A stretch of 64,000 bases of DNA from a bacterium (GTDB lineage Bacteria; UBA8248; JACPRG01; G963555815). This document shows positions 27,310 through 38,011 of this stretch, piece by piece. The position numbers and the translations under genes were made by a program. The stretch covers positions 864,001-928,000 of the forward strand of contig CBDHDG010000006.1 in NCBI GenBank assembly GCA_965261595.1, in the 5' to 3' direction. Below the pieces are notes generated by a model. That model did no database searches. It had not been told where the DNA came from and saw nothing but the letters and a program-made list of their open reading frames with translations. The stretch's first letter is position 1, and the number at the start of each line of letters is the position of its first letter.

Positions 27310-28545
27310 TCATTTCCTCTTCCCGCGGACGAGCTTTCCGTTGTCCCACGTCACCACGCCGTTCCGGATGGTATGCCGGACCGGCCCCATGAAGCGGATG
27401 GCCTGCTTGACGTTGGGCCGGCCGATGATCACGATGTCCGCCCGGCCGCCCGGCTTGATCCCGTAGTTCTTCAGGCCCATGGCCTTGGCGGCGTTGACCG
27501 TAACGGCGTCGTAGAGGAAATCGATGTCCTTCACCGTCTGGGTCTGGATGGCGTGGCCCAGGAACCAGGCCACTTCGAGCTGGTTCATCCGGCCGAAGGG
27601 GTAGTACAGGTCCTGGACGTCATCCTGGGAGGACAGGACGTTGATGCCCAGGGCCAGCATCTCCCGGACGCGCATGATGCCCCGGCGGATGGGTTGGTCG
27701 TCGAATCGGCCGTTGAGCATGACGTTGATGTGGGAATTGCACGAGAAATTGATTTTGGCCTGCCGGGCCAGGCGCAGGACCTTGTCGGCGTAGGAGTTGT
27801 TCCACGACGCCATGGCCTCGGAGTGGCTCACGGTGATGTTCCGCCTGAAGCGCGACTTGAGGGCCTTGACGGCCACGGCTTCGAGCGTTCGCGCATTGCC
27901 ATCGTCGGTGTCGTCCAGCAGGAAGGCCAGGTCCTTTCGGTACTCCTCGGCCAACTCGAAGCAGATGTCCACGTGCGCGCGGGCGTCGTCGTCCGTCCAC
28001 TCGAACCACGGGATGCCGCCCACCACGTCCGCCCCCAAGTCCATCGCCTCGCGCATGAGGTTCTCTGTGCCCGGGTCGCAAACGATCCCCTCCTGCGGGA
28101 AGGCCACCACTTCGATGTCGATGACGTCGGCGTAGCGCCGCTTGATCTCGAGGAGTCCCCGGACGGGCGTGTTGCCCCCTCCGATCGTCCCGACGTCGGC
28201 GAACAGGCGCAGGAAGGTCGAGCCGTACTCCACGGCCAGCTCCACCACCGGACCGGCCCGCTCCGCGATTTCCTTCACGGTGTACCGGGTGCGGAAGTGC
28301 AGGGTGTTGCGGATGGCCTCGTCGAACGTGCCCGAGACGTTGGGCTTGAGCTCGCCCAACATGCATTTGTCGAGATGGGTGTGGGCGTTGACGAACGCCG
28401 GGGTGGTGAGACCCCCTTTGGCGTCAATGGTGCGTTTGGCCTTGGCCGAGATCCGCCCGACGCGCCGGATCGTTCCGTCCTTGATCCCGATGCTCACCAG
28501 CTTCTTCTCGCCGCGCAGTTGGGCGTTTTTGATCAAAAGGTCCAT
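27310..28545 (-). CDS. Cytosine-deaminase-like amidohydrolase
   Basis: PAFVNAHTHLDK, VVAFPQEG, GADVVGGIP, VSHS, QDDVQDLYYPFG. Confidence 0.88.
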   Translation of the reverse strand: MDLLIKNAQLRGEKKLVSIGIKDGTIRRVGRISAKAKRTIDAKGGLTTPAFVNAHTHLDKCMLGELKPNVSGTFDEAIRNTLHFRTRYTVKEIAERAGPVVELAVEYGSTFLRLFADVGTIGGGNTPVRGLLEIKRRYADVIDIEVVAFPQEGIVCDPGTENLMREAMDLGADVVGGIPWFEWTDDDARAHVDICFELAEEYRKDLAFLLDDTDDGNARTLEAVAVKALKSRFRRNITVSHSEAMASWNNSYADKVLRLARQAKINFSCNSHINVMLNGRFDDQPIRRGIMRVREMLALGINVLSSQDDVQDLYYPFGRMNQLEVAWFLGHAIQTQTVKDIDFLYDAVTVNAAKAMGLKNYGIKPGGRADIVIIGRPNVKQAIRFMGPVRHTIRNGVVTWDNGKLVRGKRK

Positions 28546-28737
28546 CGGCTCAGGTCCCCCTGTAAGGATTTCAGCCGATTTCCGCTTCCTGAGAGAAGCG
28601 GCGAATCCATGTGGAGTCCGAGAATGATTCAGCGCCGGTGAGTATAAATTCGCCTTGGCTTTTGTGTCAAAGGAAGAAATATCCGCAAGCCTCCGGCGGG
28701 ACGCGGCTTCAGCGGAAAAAATGTCCCGGAGCGCCTC

Positions 28738-30051
28738 TCAGCGCGCAACTCCCGCGGCGCCCGCCGCCGGCAGGATCTTCCCGAGGACGACCGGCCGGCT
28801 CGCCCCGGTGATGGCCGGGACGTTGGCGGGGACGCCCAGCAGCGCCGCCCTCGCCAGAAGCGCGAACGAGACGCCCTCGACGGCATGGGCCGGGATGCCG
28901 CGCGCATCCGAGCGGACCACCCGAGTCTCGGGAAACTCGGCCGCCAGCCCTTTCATCAAGACCGGGTTCCCGGCCCCGCCGCCGCAGACGACGACCTCGC
29001 CCGCTTCGGGCAGGAACCGCTTGGCCTGCCGTCCGATGGAGCGGGTCGTGAAGGCCGCCAGCGTCGCCATGAAGTCGCAAAAAAGCGGCGAGGAAAACCG
29101 CATCGCCTTTTTCTTCCGGAGGCCCAGGAACACCCTCACGGCCCCCTCCAGCGCATCCGCCCCGAAATCCTCCCGCCCGGTGGCCTTGGGCGGGCCGCGC
29201 CGGATGAAGGGATGATCGAGAAGACGGCCGAGGAGCTTCTCATCGACGGTCCCGCGCGAGGCCGTCTCCCCGTTCCGGTCGAATCCCATCTTCCCCCGGC
29301 TGAACTTCCCGAAGGCGGCGTCCATGAGCATGTTCGCCGGACCCGTGTCGAAGCCTTTCAAACCCGCGCCTTTCCCAGGCTTGCCGGATGAGGCGGGGGC
29401 TTGCGGATCGAATCCGGCCGGAACCCACGTGAGGTTGCCGATCCCCCCCAGGTTGACAACGAGAACGGGCCTGTCGGGACGCCCGAAGAGCAGACCGTGG
29501 GCGTAAGGCGTCAGGGGCGCGCCCAGGCCGCCTGCGGCCATATCGCCGGGGCGGAAGTCCGCCACGACCGTGACGCCCGTGCGCTCCGCGATGACGGCGG
29601 CCTCGCCGATCTGGAGGGTCGCGCCGATGCGCCCGGAACGGACGGGGGGGAGGGGGAGGGGGGGGGGGCGATAGCAGACCGTCTGGCCGTGAGAGCCGAC
29701 AGCCGTCACGTCCGCCGGACGGATTCCGGCCGCCGCCGCGACGCCAATGGCCGCCGCCGCGAACCGCTCTCCGAGATCGTAGTGAAGCGCCGTGAGGTCC
29801 GCCGTGGACTGACCCGGAATGGGCCGCCCCGCGGAAACGGGCGCCTCGGCGGCCCTCAGGATCCGCTCCCGGAGACCTTTGGAAAAAGGGAAAGACCTGT
29901 GCGCGAGCAGCCGGACGGCGGCCGCGCGCGATCGGGAGACGGAAATCAGCGACGCCTCTACGCCGTCCGCCGATGTGCCGGACATGAGACCGATGAAGAG
30001 GGCCTTCCCGGACGAGGTCCGCCCGGAAACCGGCGCTGAGCGCGGCGTCAT
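28738..30051 (-). CDS. anmK: Anhydro-N-acetylmuramic acid kinase
   Basis: IGLMSGTSADG, GSHGQT, DFRPGDMAAGGLGAPLTP, NLGGIGN, FDTGPANMLMD, PPKATGREDF, CGGG. Confidence 0.92.
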   Translation of the reverse strand: MTPRSAPVSGRTSSGKALFIGLMSGTSADGVEASLISVSRSRAAAVRLLAHRSFPFSKGLRERILRAAEAPVSAGRPIPGQSTADLTALHYDLGERFAAAAIGVAAAAGIRPADVTAVGSHGQTVCYRPPPLPLPPVRSGRIGATLQIGEAAVIAERTGVTVVADFRPGDMAAGGLGAPLTPYAHGLLFGRPDRPVLVVNLGGIGNLTWVPAGFDPQAPASSGKPGKGAGLKGFDTGPANMLMDAAFGKFSRGKMGFDRNGETASRGTVDEKLLGRLLDHPFIRRGPPKATGREDFGADALEGAVRVFLGLRKKKAMRFSSPLFCDFMATLAAFTTRSIGRQAKRFLPEAGEVVVCGGGAGNPVLMKGLAAEFPETRVVRSDARGIPAHAVEGVSFALLARAALLGVPANVPAITGASRPVVLGKILPAAGAAGVAR

Positions 30052-32442
30052 GGCGAGCCGCCTTTCCCCGCCGCGCGCGGAGACCCGCTCGATACGTCGG
30101 GATAGGTCAATCGATACTGGCGGTAATACCCCAGGACCCTCCGGGTGTACCGCCGCGTCTCCCGGTAGGGAATCATCGCGATGAAAGAGGCCTCGTCCAG
30201 GTGGCCGTGCTTCCGCCACCACTTCCCGGCGGCCTTCAGGCCGGCGTTGTATGCCGCCACCGCGGGCGCGCGCGCGCCCCTGAAATGGGCCAGGAGGCGG
30301 CCCAAGAATTCGCTTCCGAGACGGATGTTCAAATCCGGCCGGAACAGGTCGGCCGGAGACGGACGCGGCAGGCCGAGCCGCCCGGCGATTCGCCGGGCGG
30401 TCGCCGGCATGAGCTGCATCAGCCCACGCGCGCCGGCAACGGACAAGGCGTTGGGATCAAAGAGGCTTTCCGCGAGCGTGACCGCGCTGACCAACAGGGG
30501 GTCCGCCGGGGCCGCCTTCCGGCCGCCCGGCCCGGCCGCCGCCTGGTGGAGCCCCAACGCCCTGCGGTCGAAGGGATGCATCATCCGCCGTAACTCCGCC
30601 GGCGAGGCGCGCCCGCCGATCCTCATCCTCCAAAAGACCGGACCGCTCAAGACCCGGAAGGCCCCGTTGTAATCCCGGGCGCGATGGAGAAACCGCGCGC
30701 GCTGGTAACGGAAGTAGGGGTGGATCGGGACGCCCTCTTTCAACACATCGGCCCCCGCCAGGAAAAGCCCCGCCAGGACCAACCGGTCGGCCTCGCGGAG
30801 GATCCGCTTCCCTTGAAGTGTGAGCGCGGGACGCTTGAGGAACCGCGACGCGGACGCCCCCGCGTCCCTGAAGGGCCGGCCGCTCCGGCCAAGCCGCTCG
30901 AAGGCCATCTGCCCGTAATAAGAAGTCGGGGTCCGCGCTCCGGCGTCCTGGTAGTAGCGCTTGGCTTCGGCATGAGCCGCCCGGTCTTCCGCGGCGCGGC
31001 CCGCCCAGTAGAGCGCGGCCTGCCCCACGGGGCGCCGGGCGCGGGCCCTCCCCAGAGCGGAGAAGACCCGCTCGGCCTCGCGATGCCGTTTCCGGCGAAA
31101 GTGGATCCACCCGATGCGCCACCTCGCGAGGTCGCCCTGCCGGGCGCCCGGATGCTTTTTCGCCAGGCGGCGGTAGCGGCCAAGGGCCTCTTCCAGCCGG
31201 CCATCATCCTCGACCACCCTCGCCTGAAGATAGAGGAACCGGCGAGCCCACGGGCTTCCCGGATGCTCGGCGATGAGCTCGCTCCCAACCTTCCGGAAAC
31301 CCGTCCCGTCGCGAAGGCGAAGGTGGGTCCTCGCCAGATAGTAGAGGGCCTTCGCCCGGCGGCCCCTCTCCCCTTTTCCGCCCTGGTCCGCCGCCTGGCG
31401 GAGGCGCTCGGCCGCCTGCCGGGTCTCCCGGAGGAAATAAAGATCCAGCCCCAGGGAAAACACCGCCTCCACCCGGACGGGGGGGGAGATTCGTCTGCCC
31501 AACAGCATCTTCCAGGCCCTCGCCGCCTCGGCGATCCGCCTCCCCCTGTGAAGAATCCGGGCCCGGCCCAGAAGAGCCGAAGTGGACAAACGGGGAAGAT
31601 CCAGCCCGCGTCCCCGCAGCCTGTCCATGGCCTTCGCGGCCTCGGCGGCGGCCGCGTCCAAGGGGCGCCGAAGCCAGATGCGGAAGTAGAGCCGAAGCGC
31701 CTCCGCGGGCCTGCCCGCTTCTTCGAGACACCGCCCCTCAAGGATCCTCAGCCCGGGGCGCCGGGGGTTTCCCGATTTCAGGGCGCGCGCGCCCGCGACG
31801 CCTCGGGCGCAATCCCCCGCGCGAAACCACGCCCGGGCCGCCGCCGCCCGGACCTCAGGCGCCGGACTCCCCGAGCGGCCGATGGAATCGTAGACCTCCG
31901 CGGCGCCGACGTGACGCCCGAGACCCTCCAGCGCGCGCGCCTTGATCCACAGAATGTGGGCATCGAGAACCGCCTGAGAGGGGGGGGTCCGGGAGTCTCC
32001 TCCGCCGGATTCCAGGACTCGAAGCGCGTCCGACACCCGGCCGGACTCCACCCAGGCCCTGGCCGCGATGATCCGCGCCCGCGCCTTCCAGACGGAAAAA
32101 CGCTCGGGGAAAACCTCCCGGTTCCGCCGAAGAAAACCCTCGGCCAGTCCAGCGGCCTCCTCGTAGGCCCCGTCCGCCAGCGACCGCAAGGCCGAGGACA
32201 GGACCTTGGGAATCCGTTTGGGGCCGCCGGGCAAGTCTTCGACGGTCCAGCCGCCGGGGGGGGAAGGGGGGGGGGGGGGGGGGGAGCGAGGCGGACTCGG
32301 AAAGGGGCCGGGCCGGAGCCGGCCGCGCCCCCGCCGCCCGGCGTGGAGACAGGATGCCGATGAGAATCAAAAAGCATAGAATGGACACAGCGGGGGCGGG
32401 AAGGGATTTTCGGAGCGGCGGTTTTCGGCGAGTCGGGATCAT
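30048..32442 (-). CDS. Soluble lytic transglycosylase (SLT domain) with TPR-like repeats; N-terminus frameshifted in a poly-G tract (32256-32284)
   Basis: AESLFDPNALSVAGARGLMQLMP, AAYNAG, IPYRETRRY; signal-like segment in ORF 31855-32442; start uncertain. Confidence 0.82.
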
Positions 32443-32663
32443 TCTCAGCTTCCGGGACGGGCCGGGGAGCGGGGATGGACCGGCTCATTATCCATCGAGA
32501 CGGATCGCTCAGCAAGCGGGGCGCTCCGGATTGTCGGTTCACCTCCCCGGAAGCCAGCGGACCGCCCCCTCATCGAATGTGCGGCGCGGCCGAGACCATT
32601 GACTTTTCGGCCCGGCGTTGCTACGTTCTCAGGCGGCAGGGAATTTCAAATCGAGAGCAATCA

Positions 32664-33386
32664 GTGCCTACCGTTACAGACCTTTCCCAAGGCGGCGTCT
32701 GGAGTCTGATCTCCCATTCCGGGCCCGTGGTCCAATTGGTCCTCCTGATCCTCGTCGCGTTTTCCGTCGCCTCGTGGGCCATCATCCTCTCCAAGCAGCG
32801 CACCCTCGTCCACGCCCGGCGTCGGACCGAGGAGTTCCTGGACGCCTTCTGGAAAAATCAGCGTCTGGACGCCCTGTACGATAAATCCGAAGCATGGATC
32901 GACAGTCCCGTGTCCAAGGTCTTTCGCGCGGGGTACCGGGAGCTGTCCCGATTGCACGGCGTCGTCGTGAAAGCCGAGGCGGACGCCGATGTTGCGGCGG
33001 CGCCGGAATCGTCCATATTACAGAACGTGAGCCGGGCGATGTCCCGCGCTAGAAACCTGGAGACGACGCGCCTCGAGCGGGCGCTGACCTTTCTGGCCAC
33101 AACGGGCAGCTCGACCCCTTTCATCGGCTTGTTCGGAACGGTGTGGGGGATCATGAACGCCTTTCAAAGCATCGGGCTTTCGGGCGCGGCGAGCCTTGCC
33201 GTCGTGGCGCCGGGCATCAGCGAGGCCCTCATCGCCACGGCCGTCGGTCTGGCGGCGGCGATCCCGGCCGTGATCGCCTATAACACCTATCTCCGGCGGG
33301 TCGAAACCCTCACCATCGAGATGGAAAACTTCTCCGACGAATTCATGAACCTGGTCGACCGGTTCTACGCGGCCCAGTTAAAATAA
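32664..33386 (+). CDS. tolQ: TolQ
   Basis: FLATTGSSTPFIGLFGTVWGIMNAF, VVAPGISEALIATAVGLAAAIPAVIAYN; tol operon context. Confidence 0.93.
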   Translation: MPTVTDLSQGGVWSLISHSGPVVQLVLLILVAFSVASWAIILSKQRTLVHARRRTEEFLDAFWKNQRLDALYDKSEAWIDSPVSKVFRAGYRELSRLHGVVVKAEADADVAAAPESSILQNVSRAMSRARNLETTRLERALTFLATTGSSTPFIGLFGTVWGIMNAFQSIGLSGAASLAVVAPGISEALIATAVGLAAAIPAVIAYNTYLRRVETLTIEMENFSDEFMNLVDRFYAAQLK

Positions 33387-33425
33387 GGCGGGCCCGAGCC
33401 GAACAAGGGGAGTCAAGGTCAGGAC

Positions 33426-33842
33426 ATGGGAGCGAATTCGAAAAAGGGCAGGGCCTTGGCGGAGATCAACGTGACCCCCCTCGTGGACGTCATGCTGGTC
33501 CTGCTGATCATCTTCATGGTCACAGCCCCGATGCTTCAGCAGGGCGTCGACGTGGACCTGCCGGCGGTGGCCGCCCGCGAGCTCCCGCTCCAGAGCGGCC
33601 AACTCATTGTGTCCATCACCAAGGACCGCCGGGTTTTCCTCAACCGGGCCCTCTTGACCGTCCCGCAGCTGCGGGAAAAACTCATGGCGATTTACCGCGA
33701 AAAACCGAACAAGGAAATTTTCCTCCGGGCCGATCGGGATGTCCCCTACGGATTCGTCGTGGGGACGATGGCCGCCATCCGGGCCAGCGGCATCCACCGG
33801 GTCGGGATGGTGACGGAGGCCGCGACAGTGAAACAACCATGA
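33426..33842 (+). CDS. tolR: TolR
   Basis: EINVTPLVDVMLVLLIIFMVTAPM, LRADRDVPYG. Confidence 0.93.
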   Translation: MGANSKKGRALAEINVTPLVDVMLVLLIIFMVTAPMLQQGVDVDLPAVAARELPLQSGQLIVSITKDRRVFLNRALLTVPQLREKLMAIYREKPNKEIFLRADRDVPYGFVVGTMAAIRASGIHRVGMVTEAATVKQP

Positions 33843-34849
33843 GGCGCGACGACCCGGAACCGAAAACCCGCTGGGGCCCGATGGTCCTGGCGTCCGTCGC
33901 GGTCCACGCCCTGGTCATCGGCGGGGTGGTGATTCTGGCGTCGGGCTCGCCCCCCCCCCGGCTGCTCTACGCCCCTTCCATGAGCGTGGGCCTGGTGAGC
34001 CCGGGAGAGGTCGGACTCCCTCCCGGGGGGGGCGGCGACCCCTCCGTCCCTCCGAACACAGATCGACCCAGCGGGAAATCCGCTCCCAAGACCAAGGTGA
34101 AAGCGCCCGCCGAAAGTCCCCGGCCGAAGGTTGAAAAACCCAAACCCGAAATCACCCGGGCCTTGTCCCTCAAGCTGGAGCCCAGAGCAAAGCGGCCGAA
34201 ACCCAAGACGGCAAAGCCGCCCAAAGCGGTGGTCCGGGTCCCGAAGAAGGCCCCGCGCAAGCAGCCGCCGAAGAAGAAACGGGCGGCCGCGCCGCGCGGG
34301 GACGCACCGCCCAAAAAGGTAAAAAAGAAACGCCGGACAAAAACGCCGGCGGTCTCCGCCAAGACCCGGAGGAAACCCGCCGCCGGAAAGCTCGCGGGAA
34401 AGGAGTTGGACGCGCTGGATCGGATACGCAAGCGGCTTCTGGCCCGGGCGAGCCGGCCCGCCGGACGCAGGGGCGGGGCCGAAACGAGACGGCGCGGGGG
34501 CGGCCCGGGCAAACCGGGCGGGGGCGGATACAGCGGACCCGGAGGGCGGGATTCCTATAAGAACGAGTTGGCCCGGATCTTCTACGCCGCGTGGGTCCTG
34601 CCGCGGTCCATTCCCACCGAGGGTCTCAAGGTCGATCTCATCATTCATATTGACCGCGGCGGCCGAATTGTGAAAACAGATATCAAGAGCCCATCCGGAA
34701 ATCGCCTCTTTGACGAATCCGTCCTGCGCGCCGTCGCCAAGGTGGACACCGCGGGCGGACTTCCCCCGCTGCCGCCGGGAATCCCCGAAAGCCCGCTGGT
34801 TCAGGGCTTCCGGTTCGACCCAAAATTCCATCGAGGATTCACACGCTGA
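33839..34849 (+). CDS. tolA: TolA/TonB family protein
   Basis: TM segment SVAVH, Lys/Pro-rich linker, C-terminal SGNRLFDESVLRAV; lies between tolR and tolB. Confidence 0.85.
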   Translation: MRRDDPEPKTRWGPMVLASVAVHALVIGGVVILASGSPPPRLLYAPSMSVGLVSPGEVGLPPGGGGDPSVPPNTDRPSGKSAPKTKVKAPAESPRPKVEKPKPEITRALSLKLEPRAKRPKPKTAKPPKAVVRVPKKAPRKQPPKKKRAAAPRGDAPPKKVKKKRRTKTPAVSAKTRRKPAAGKLAGKELDALDRIRKRLLARASRPAGRRGGAETRRRGGGPGKPGGGGYSGPGGRDSYKNELARIFYAAWVLPRSIPTEGLKVDLIIHIDRGGRIVKTDIKSPSGNRLFDESVLRAVAKVDTAGGLPPLPPGIPESPLVQGFRFDPKFHRGFTR

Positions 34850-36195
34850 AAACGCGCGTTTGCGGGAATATCACCCTTCGGCTTTTTCTCCTGGCCGCCC
34901 TTCTGGGGAGCGGACCCACGGGCGGGCTGGTTGGGGCCACGGCCGCATCGGCCCAACCCCAACCGAAGGACTACATCATCATCGGCCCCGGAGGCGGGCG
35001 GCAATTGCCTCTGGCGGTGGACGCCTTCCGCGATTTGGGTCCGGTCCCCTCCGAAACACCGCTGGGCCTGAAGCTCACACGGGTCATCACCGAGGACCTG
35101 AAGGCGACGGGGCTGTTCCGTCTCCTGGACTCCGTCTCGTTTCTCGAGGACCCCCTCAGCAACAGCATGTTGCCGGATCAGATCGATTTTCGGAGTTGGG
35201 CCACGATCGGCGCCGAGGCCTTGATCAAAGGCAGGTTCCGACTGAAAGGGGACCGCATCGAGGTGGAGGCCCGGCTGTTCGAGGTGGTCCGAAGCACGAT
35301 GGTGGCGGGGAAGCGTTATCAGGGCAAAGCATCGGATTTCCGGCGCATCGCCCACAGTTTCTCCAACGAGGTCGTCCGGTTCTTCACCGGCGAGCCCGGG
35401 ATTTTCGATACGCGGATCGCCTTCGTGTCCTCCCGCCGGGGAAGCAAAGAAATCTTCCTCATGGATTATGACGGATTCTCCCCCCGGCAGATCACCCGGA
35501 ACGGGACGATCAACCTGACCCCCAGGTGGTCGCCGGACGGGAACCGGCTGGCCTACACCTCGTACCGCGAGCGCCGTCCCGGCGTTTTTGTGACCGACCT
35601 CATCCGGGGCGGAACACGGCGGCTGGCCCTGAAAGCCGATTTGGCCACCGGAGCGGTCTGGTCGCCGGACGGCTCGATGATCGCCGTCGCGCTGGGCCGC
35701 CGGGGAAACACGGACCTCTTTCTTTTTCAGTCCGACGGCCGCCTGATTCGGCGGCTCACGACCCATTTCGCCATCGACGTGGACCCGTCCTGGTCGCCCG
35801 GCGGCAAGACCCTCGCCTTCACGTCCAACCGCTCCGGGTCTCCGCAGGTCTACCTGATGGACGTCACGGGAAAGAACATCCGGCGGATCACCTTCGAAGG
35901 CCGATACAACTCCTCGCCCGCTTGGTCGCCCAAAGGGGACCTCATCGCTTTCAACGGGATGAACAAGGGCGAGTTCAAGCTGTTCGTCATCCGTCCCGAC
36001 GGCACGGGAGCGCGGCGGCTCACCTCGGTGAAGGGGGGGCAGTCCGATCCGGCGTGGTCGCCCGACGGCCGGTTCCTGGCCTTTACGTTGGAGAGAGGAA
36101 GAAAATCGGTCTACCGGATGAATGTGGCTTCCGGATCCCTGCGGCGGCTGGGAGGGGGCGAGTCTCCGGCCTGGTCTCCCCGCAGGAAAAAATAG
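34846..36195 (+). CDS. tolB: TolB; probable CTG start overlapping the tolA stop
   Basis: FTGEPGIFDTRIAFV and WSPDG repeats; signal peptide is in frame from CTG at 34846 after GAGGA. Confidence 0.9.
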   Translation: MKTRVCGNITLRLFLLAALLGSGPTGGLVGATAASAQPQPKDYIIIGPGGGRQLPLAVDAFRDLGPVPSETPLGLKLTRVITEDLKATGLFRLLDSVSFLEDPLSNSMLPDQIDFRSWATIGAEALIKGRFRLKGDRIEVEARLFEVVRSTMVAGKRYQGKASDFRRIAHSFSNEVVRFFTGEPGIFDTRIAFVSSRRGSKEIFLMDYDGFSPRQITRNGTINLTPRWSPDGNRLAYTSYRERRPGVFVTDLIRGGTRRLALKADLATGAVWSPDGSMIAVALGRRGNTDLFLFQSDGRLIRRLTTHFAIDVDPSWSPGGKTLAFTSNRSGSPQVYLMDVTGKNIRRITFEGRYNSSPAWSPKGDLIAFNGMNKGEFKLFVIRPDGTGARRLTSVKGGQSDPAWSPDGRFLAFTLERGRKSVYRMNVASGSLRRLGGGESPAWSPRRKK

Positions 36196-36312
36196 TGAAA
36201 ATGAATTGCGCAACACCTACGTACACATGATATCCTTAGCAGGCTATCGTGGTGGATTTTCCGTGTCCACCCGCGACTTGGCCAGAGAGATTCTGAAATA
36301 GGAGATAAATGC

Positions 36313-36894
36313 ATGTGGTTTAAAGGGGTCCGTGAACGCATCCCGTTCCTGCTGGTTGTAGGATTAGCCATTGTGTTGGTGGGCTGCCCCAAGAAAGCGC
36401 CACCGGTGAAGCCGGCTGAGCCCGCGAAGCCCAAGGAGGCCCCCGTCACCCGGGCGGAGGTTCCGAAACCACCCCCGGCGCCGCCGGCCGCCCCCAAGGT
36501 CGATGTAGAGGACGCAAACGCCAAGCGGGCCCGCGAGTTCCAGGGGGCCATGCGGGCCTTTGAGAGCGAGCTCGTTCACTTCGACTTCGACCGCTCGGAG
36601 ATCAAAGGCGGATCCAAATCGGTCCTCGCGCGAAAGGCGAACTTCCTGAGGAGGTTCGGGAATGTCCGGATTCAGATCGAGGGACATTGCGATGATCGGG
36701 GCTCCATCCAATACAACCTCGCACTGGGAGACCGGCGCGCCAACAGCGTAAAGGCCTATCTGGTCGCATTGGGGATCGCGACGAATCGGATCTCCACCAT
36801 CAGCTTCGGCGAAGAGCGGCCCATGGCGCGCGCCGCCAATGAAGCGGCTTGGGCCAAAAACCGCCGGGCGAAATTCGTCGTCATCGGGCAGTAA
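36313..36894 (+). CDS. pal: Peptidoglycan-associated lipoprotein Pal
   Basis: Lipobox LVGC; HFDFD, IEGHCDDRGS..YNLALGDRRA, ISFGEERP, NRRA. Confidence 0.95.
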   Translation: MWFKGVRERIPFLLVVGLAIVLVGCPKKAPPVKPAEPAKPKEAPVTRAEVPKPPPAPPAAPKVDVEDANAKRAREFQGAMRAFESELVHFDFDRSEIKGGSKSVLARKANFLRRFGNVRIQIEGHCDDRGSIQYNLALGDRRANSVKAYLVALGIATNRISTISFGEERPMARAANEAAWAKNRRAKFVVIGQ

Positions 36895-36945
36895 TGGGTC
36901 GAGACCCTTCCGGGCCGGGCCGGGATCACGGGGATATTTGACGAA

Positions 36946-37884
36946 ATGGCGTGGCGGGCCGGTGTCATCCTGGCGGGTTTGTTGATCCTCCTGACGGGTT
37001 GCACCACCAACGAAGAAGTCGAGTTGCTCCGGTCGGATATCCGCAGGTTGAAGCGGGAAGTCCGGCAGGTCCGGGATGAAGGGAGCAAGAAAACCCAGGC
37101 CCTTCAAGCCGCGGTGAAGCCGGTTGCGGCCCGTCTCGAGATCCTGAATAAGGAGATCGAAAAAATACGCCGGACCCAGGCGGACTATGAAACCCGCCTG
37201 GAATCGACCCGGCGAGCGGCCACCAAGGCCACAGGCTCGGTGGAAGAACGCCGGTTTCGGTCGCGAAAGCGGGAACAGGAACTGCTCGATCAGCAAAAAA
37301 CGATGGCATCCCGTTTGGTGATCCTGGAGAAGGATCTGGCCTTTTTGAAACGGACCTTCGGCGTCAGCCGCCCGCCTCCGGGGACGGTCGCGGCCGCACG
37401 GCCGCCCGCGCCGGCCGCTCCGCCGCCTTCTCCTTCTCGCTCGGCCAGTCCGATTCCCCCTACAACGGCCGCTGTCCCGACGCCCCCTCCGGTGGCGCCG
37501 CCGCCTGTGATCGCCGACGATGCCCGGGCTCAGACGTCCGCGCTGACGCTTCTGAAGGGGGGGCAGCTGAAAGATGCGCGCCGCAAATTCCAAGAACTGC
37601 TCCGCCGTTTTCCCACCTCAAGGCTCGCCGACGACGCCCAATACTGGATTGGGGAAACCTATTACCTGGAGAAGCGGTACGACAAGGCCATTCTCGAGTA
37701 CGACAAGGTGGTCATTAACTACGCGAAGGGCGACAAGGTGCCGGGCGCGCTTTTGAAGCAGGGATTCGCGTTCCTCGCCTTGGGCGACAAAGCGTCGGCC
37801 AAGCAGTTGTTGAACCAGCTTGTCGGTGAATACCCCGATTCGGATGAGGCGAAAACGGCTCGGTCCAGACTGTTGAACCTGTGA
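36946..37884 (+). CDS. cpoB: Tol-Pal protein YbgF/CpoB
   Basis: Lipobox LTGC, coiled coil, TPR ADDAQYWIGETYY..KVPGALLKQG; follows pal. Confidence 0.9.
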   Translation: MAWRAGVILAGLLILLTGCTTNEEVELLRSDIRRLKREVRQVRDEGSKKTQALQAAVKPVAARLEILNKEIEKIRRTQADYETRLESTRRAATKATGSVEERRFRSRKREQELLDQQKTMASRLVILEKDLAFLKRTFGVSRPPPGTVAAARPPAPAAPPPSPSRSASPIPPTTAAVPTPPPVAPPPVIADDARAQTSALTLLKGGQLKDARRKFQELLRRFPTSRLADDAQYWIGETYYLEKRYDKAILEYDKVVINYAKGDKVPGALLKQGFAFLALGDKASAKQLLNQLVGEYPDSDEAKTARSRLLNL

Positions 37885-38011
37885 GCATAGGCGCCCCACG
37901 CGGTCCTTTTCCGGTCAAAGTCCCTTACGGATCCAAGTCTCCGACCGCCGCGGCATGACGCTCGAAAGGTTCCGAAACACCCTGATGGGCCCGTCGTTTT
38001 TTTAATTCGAC

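Noticed and set aside
28738..37884. SLT-anmK next to tol-pal as a novel system
   Set aside because: All are standard envelope and peptidoglycan-recycling genes with canonical motifs.
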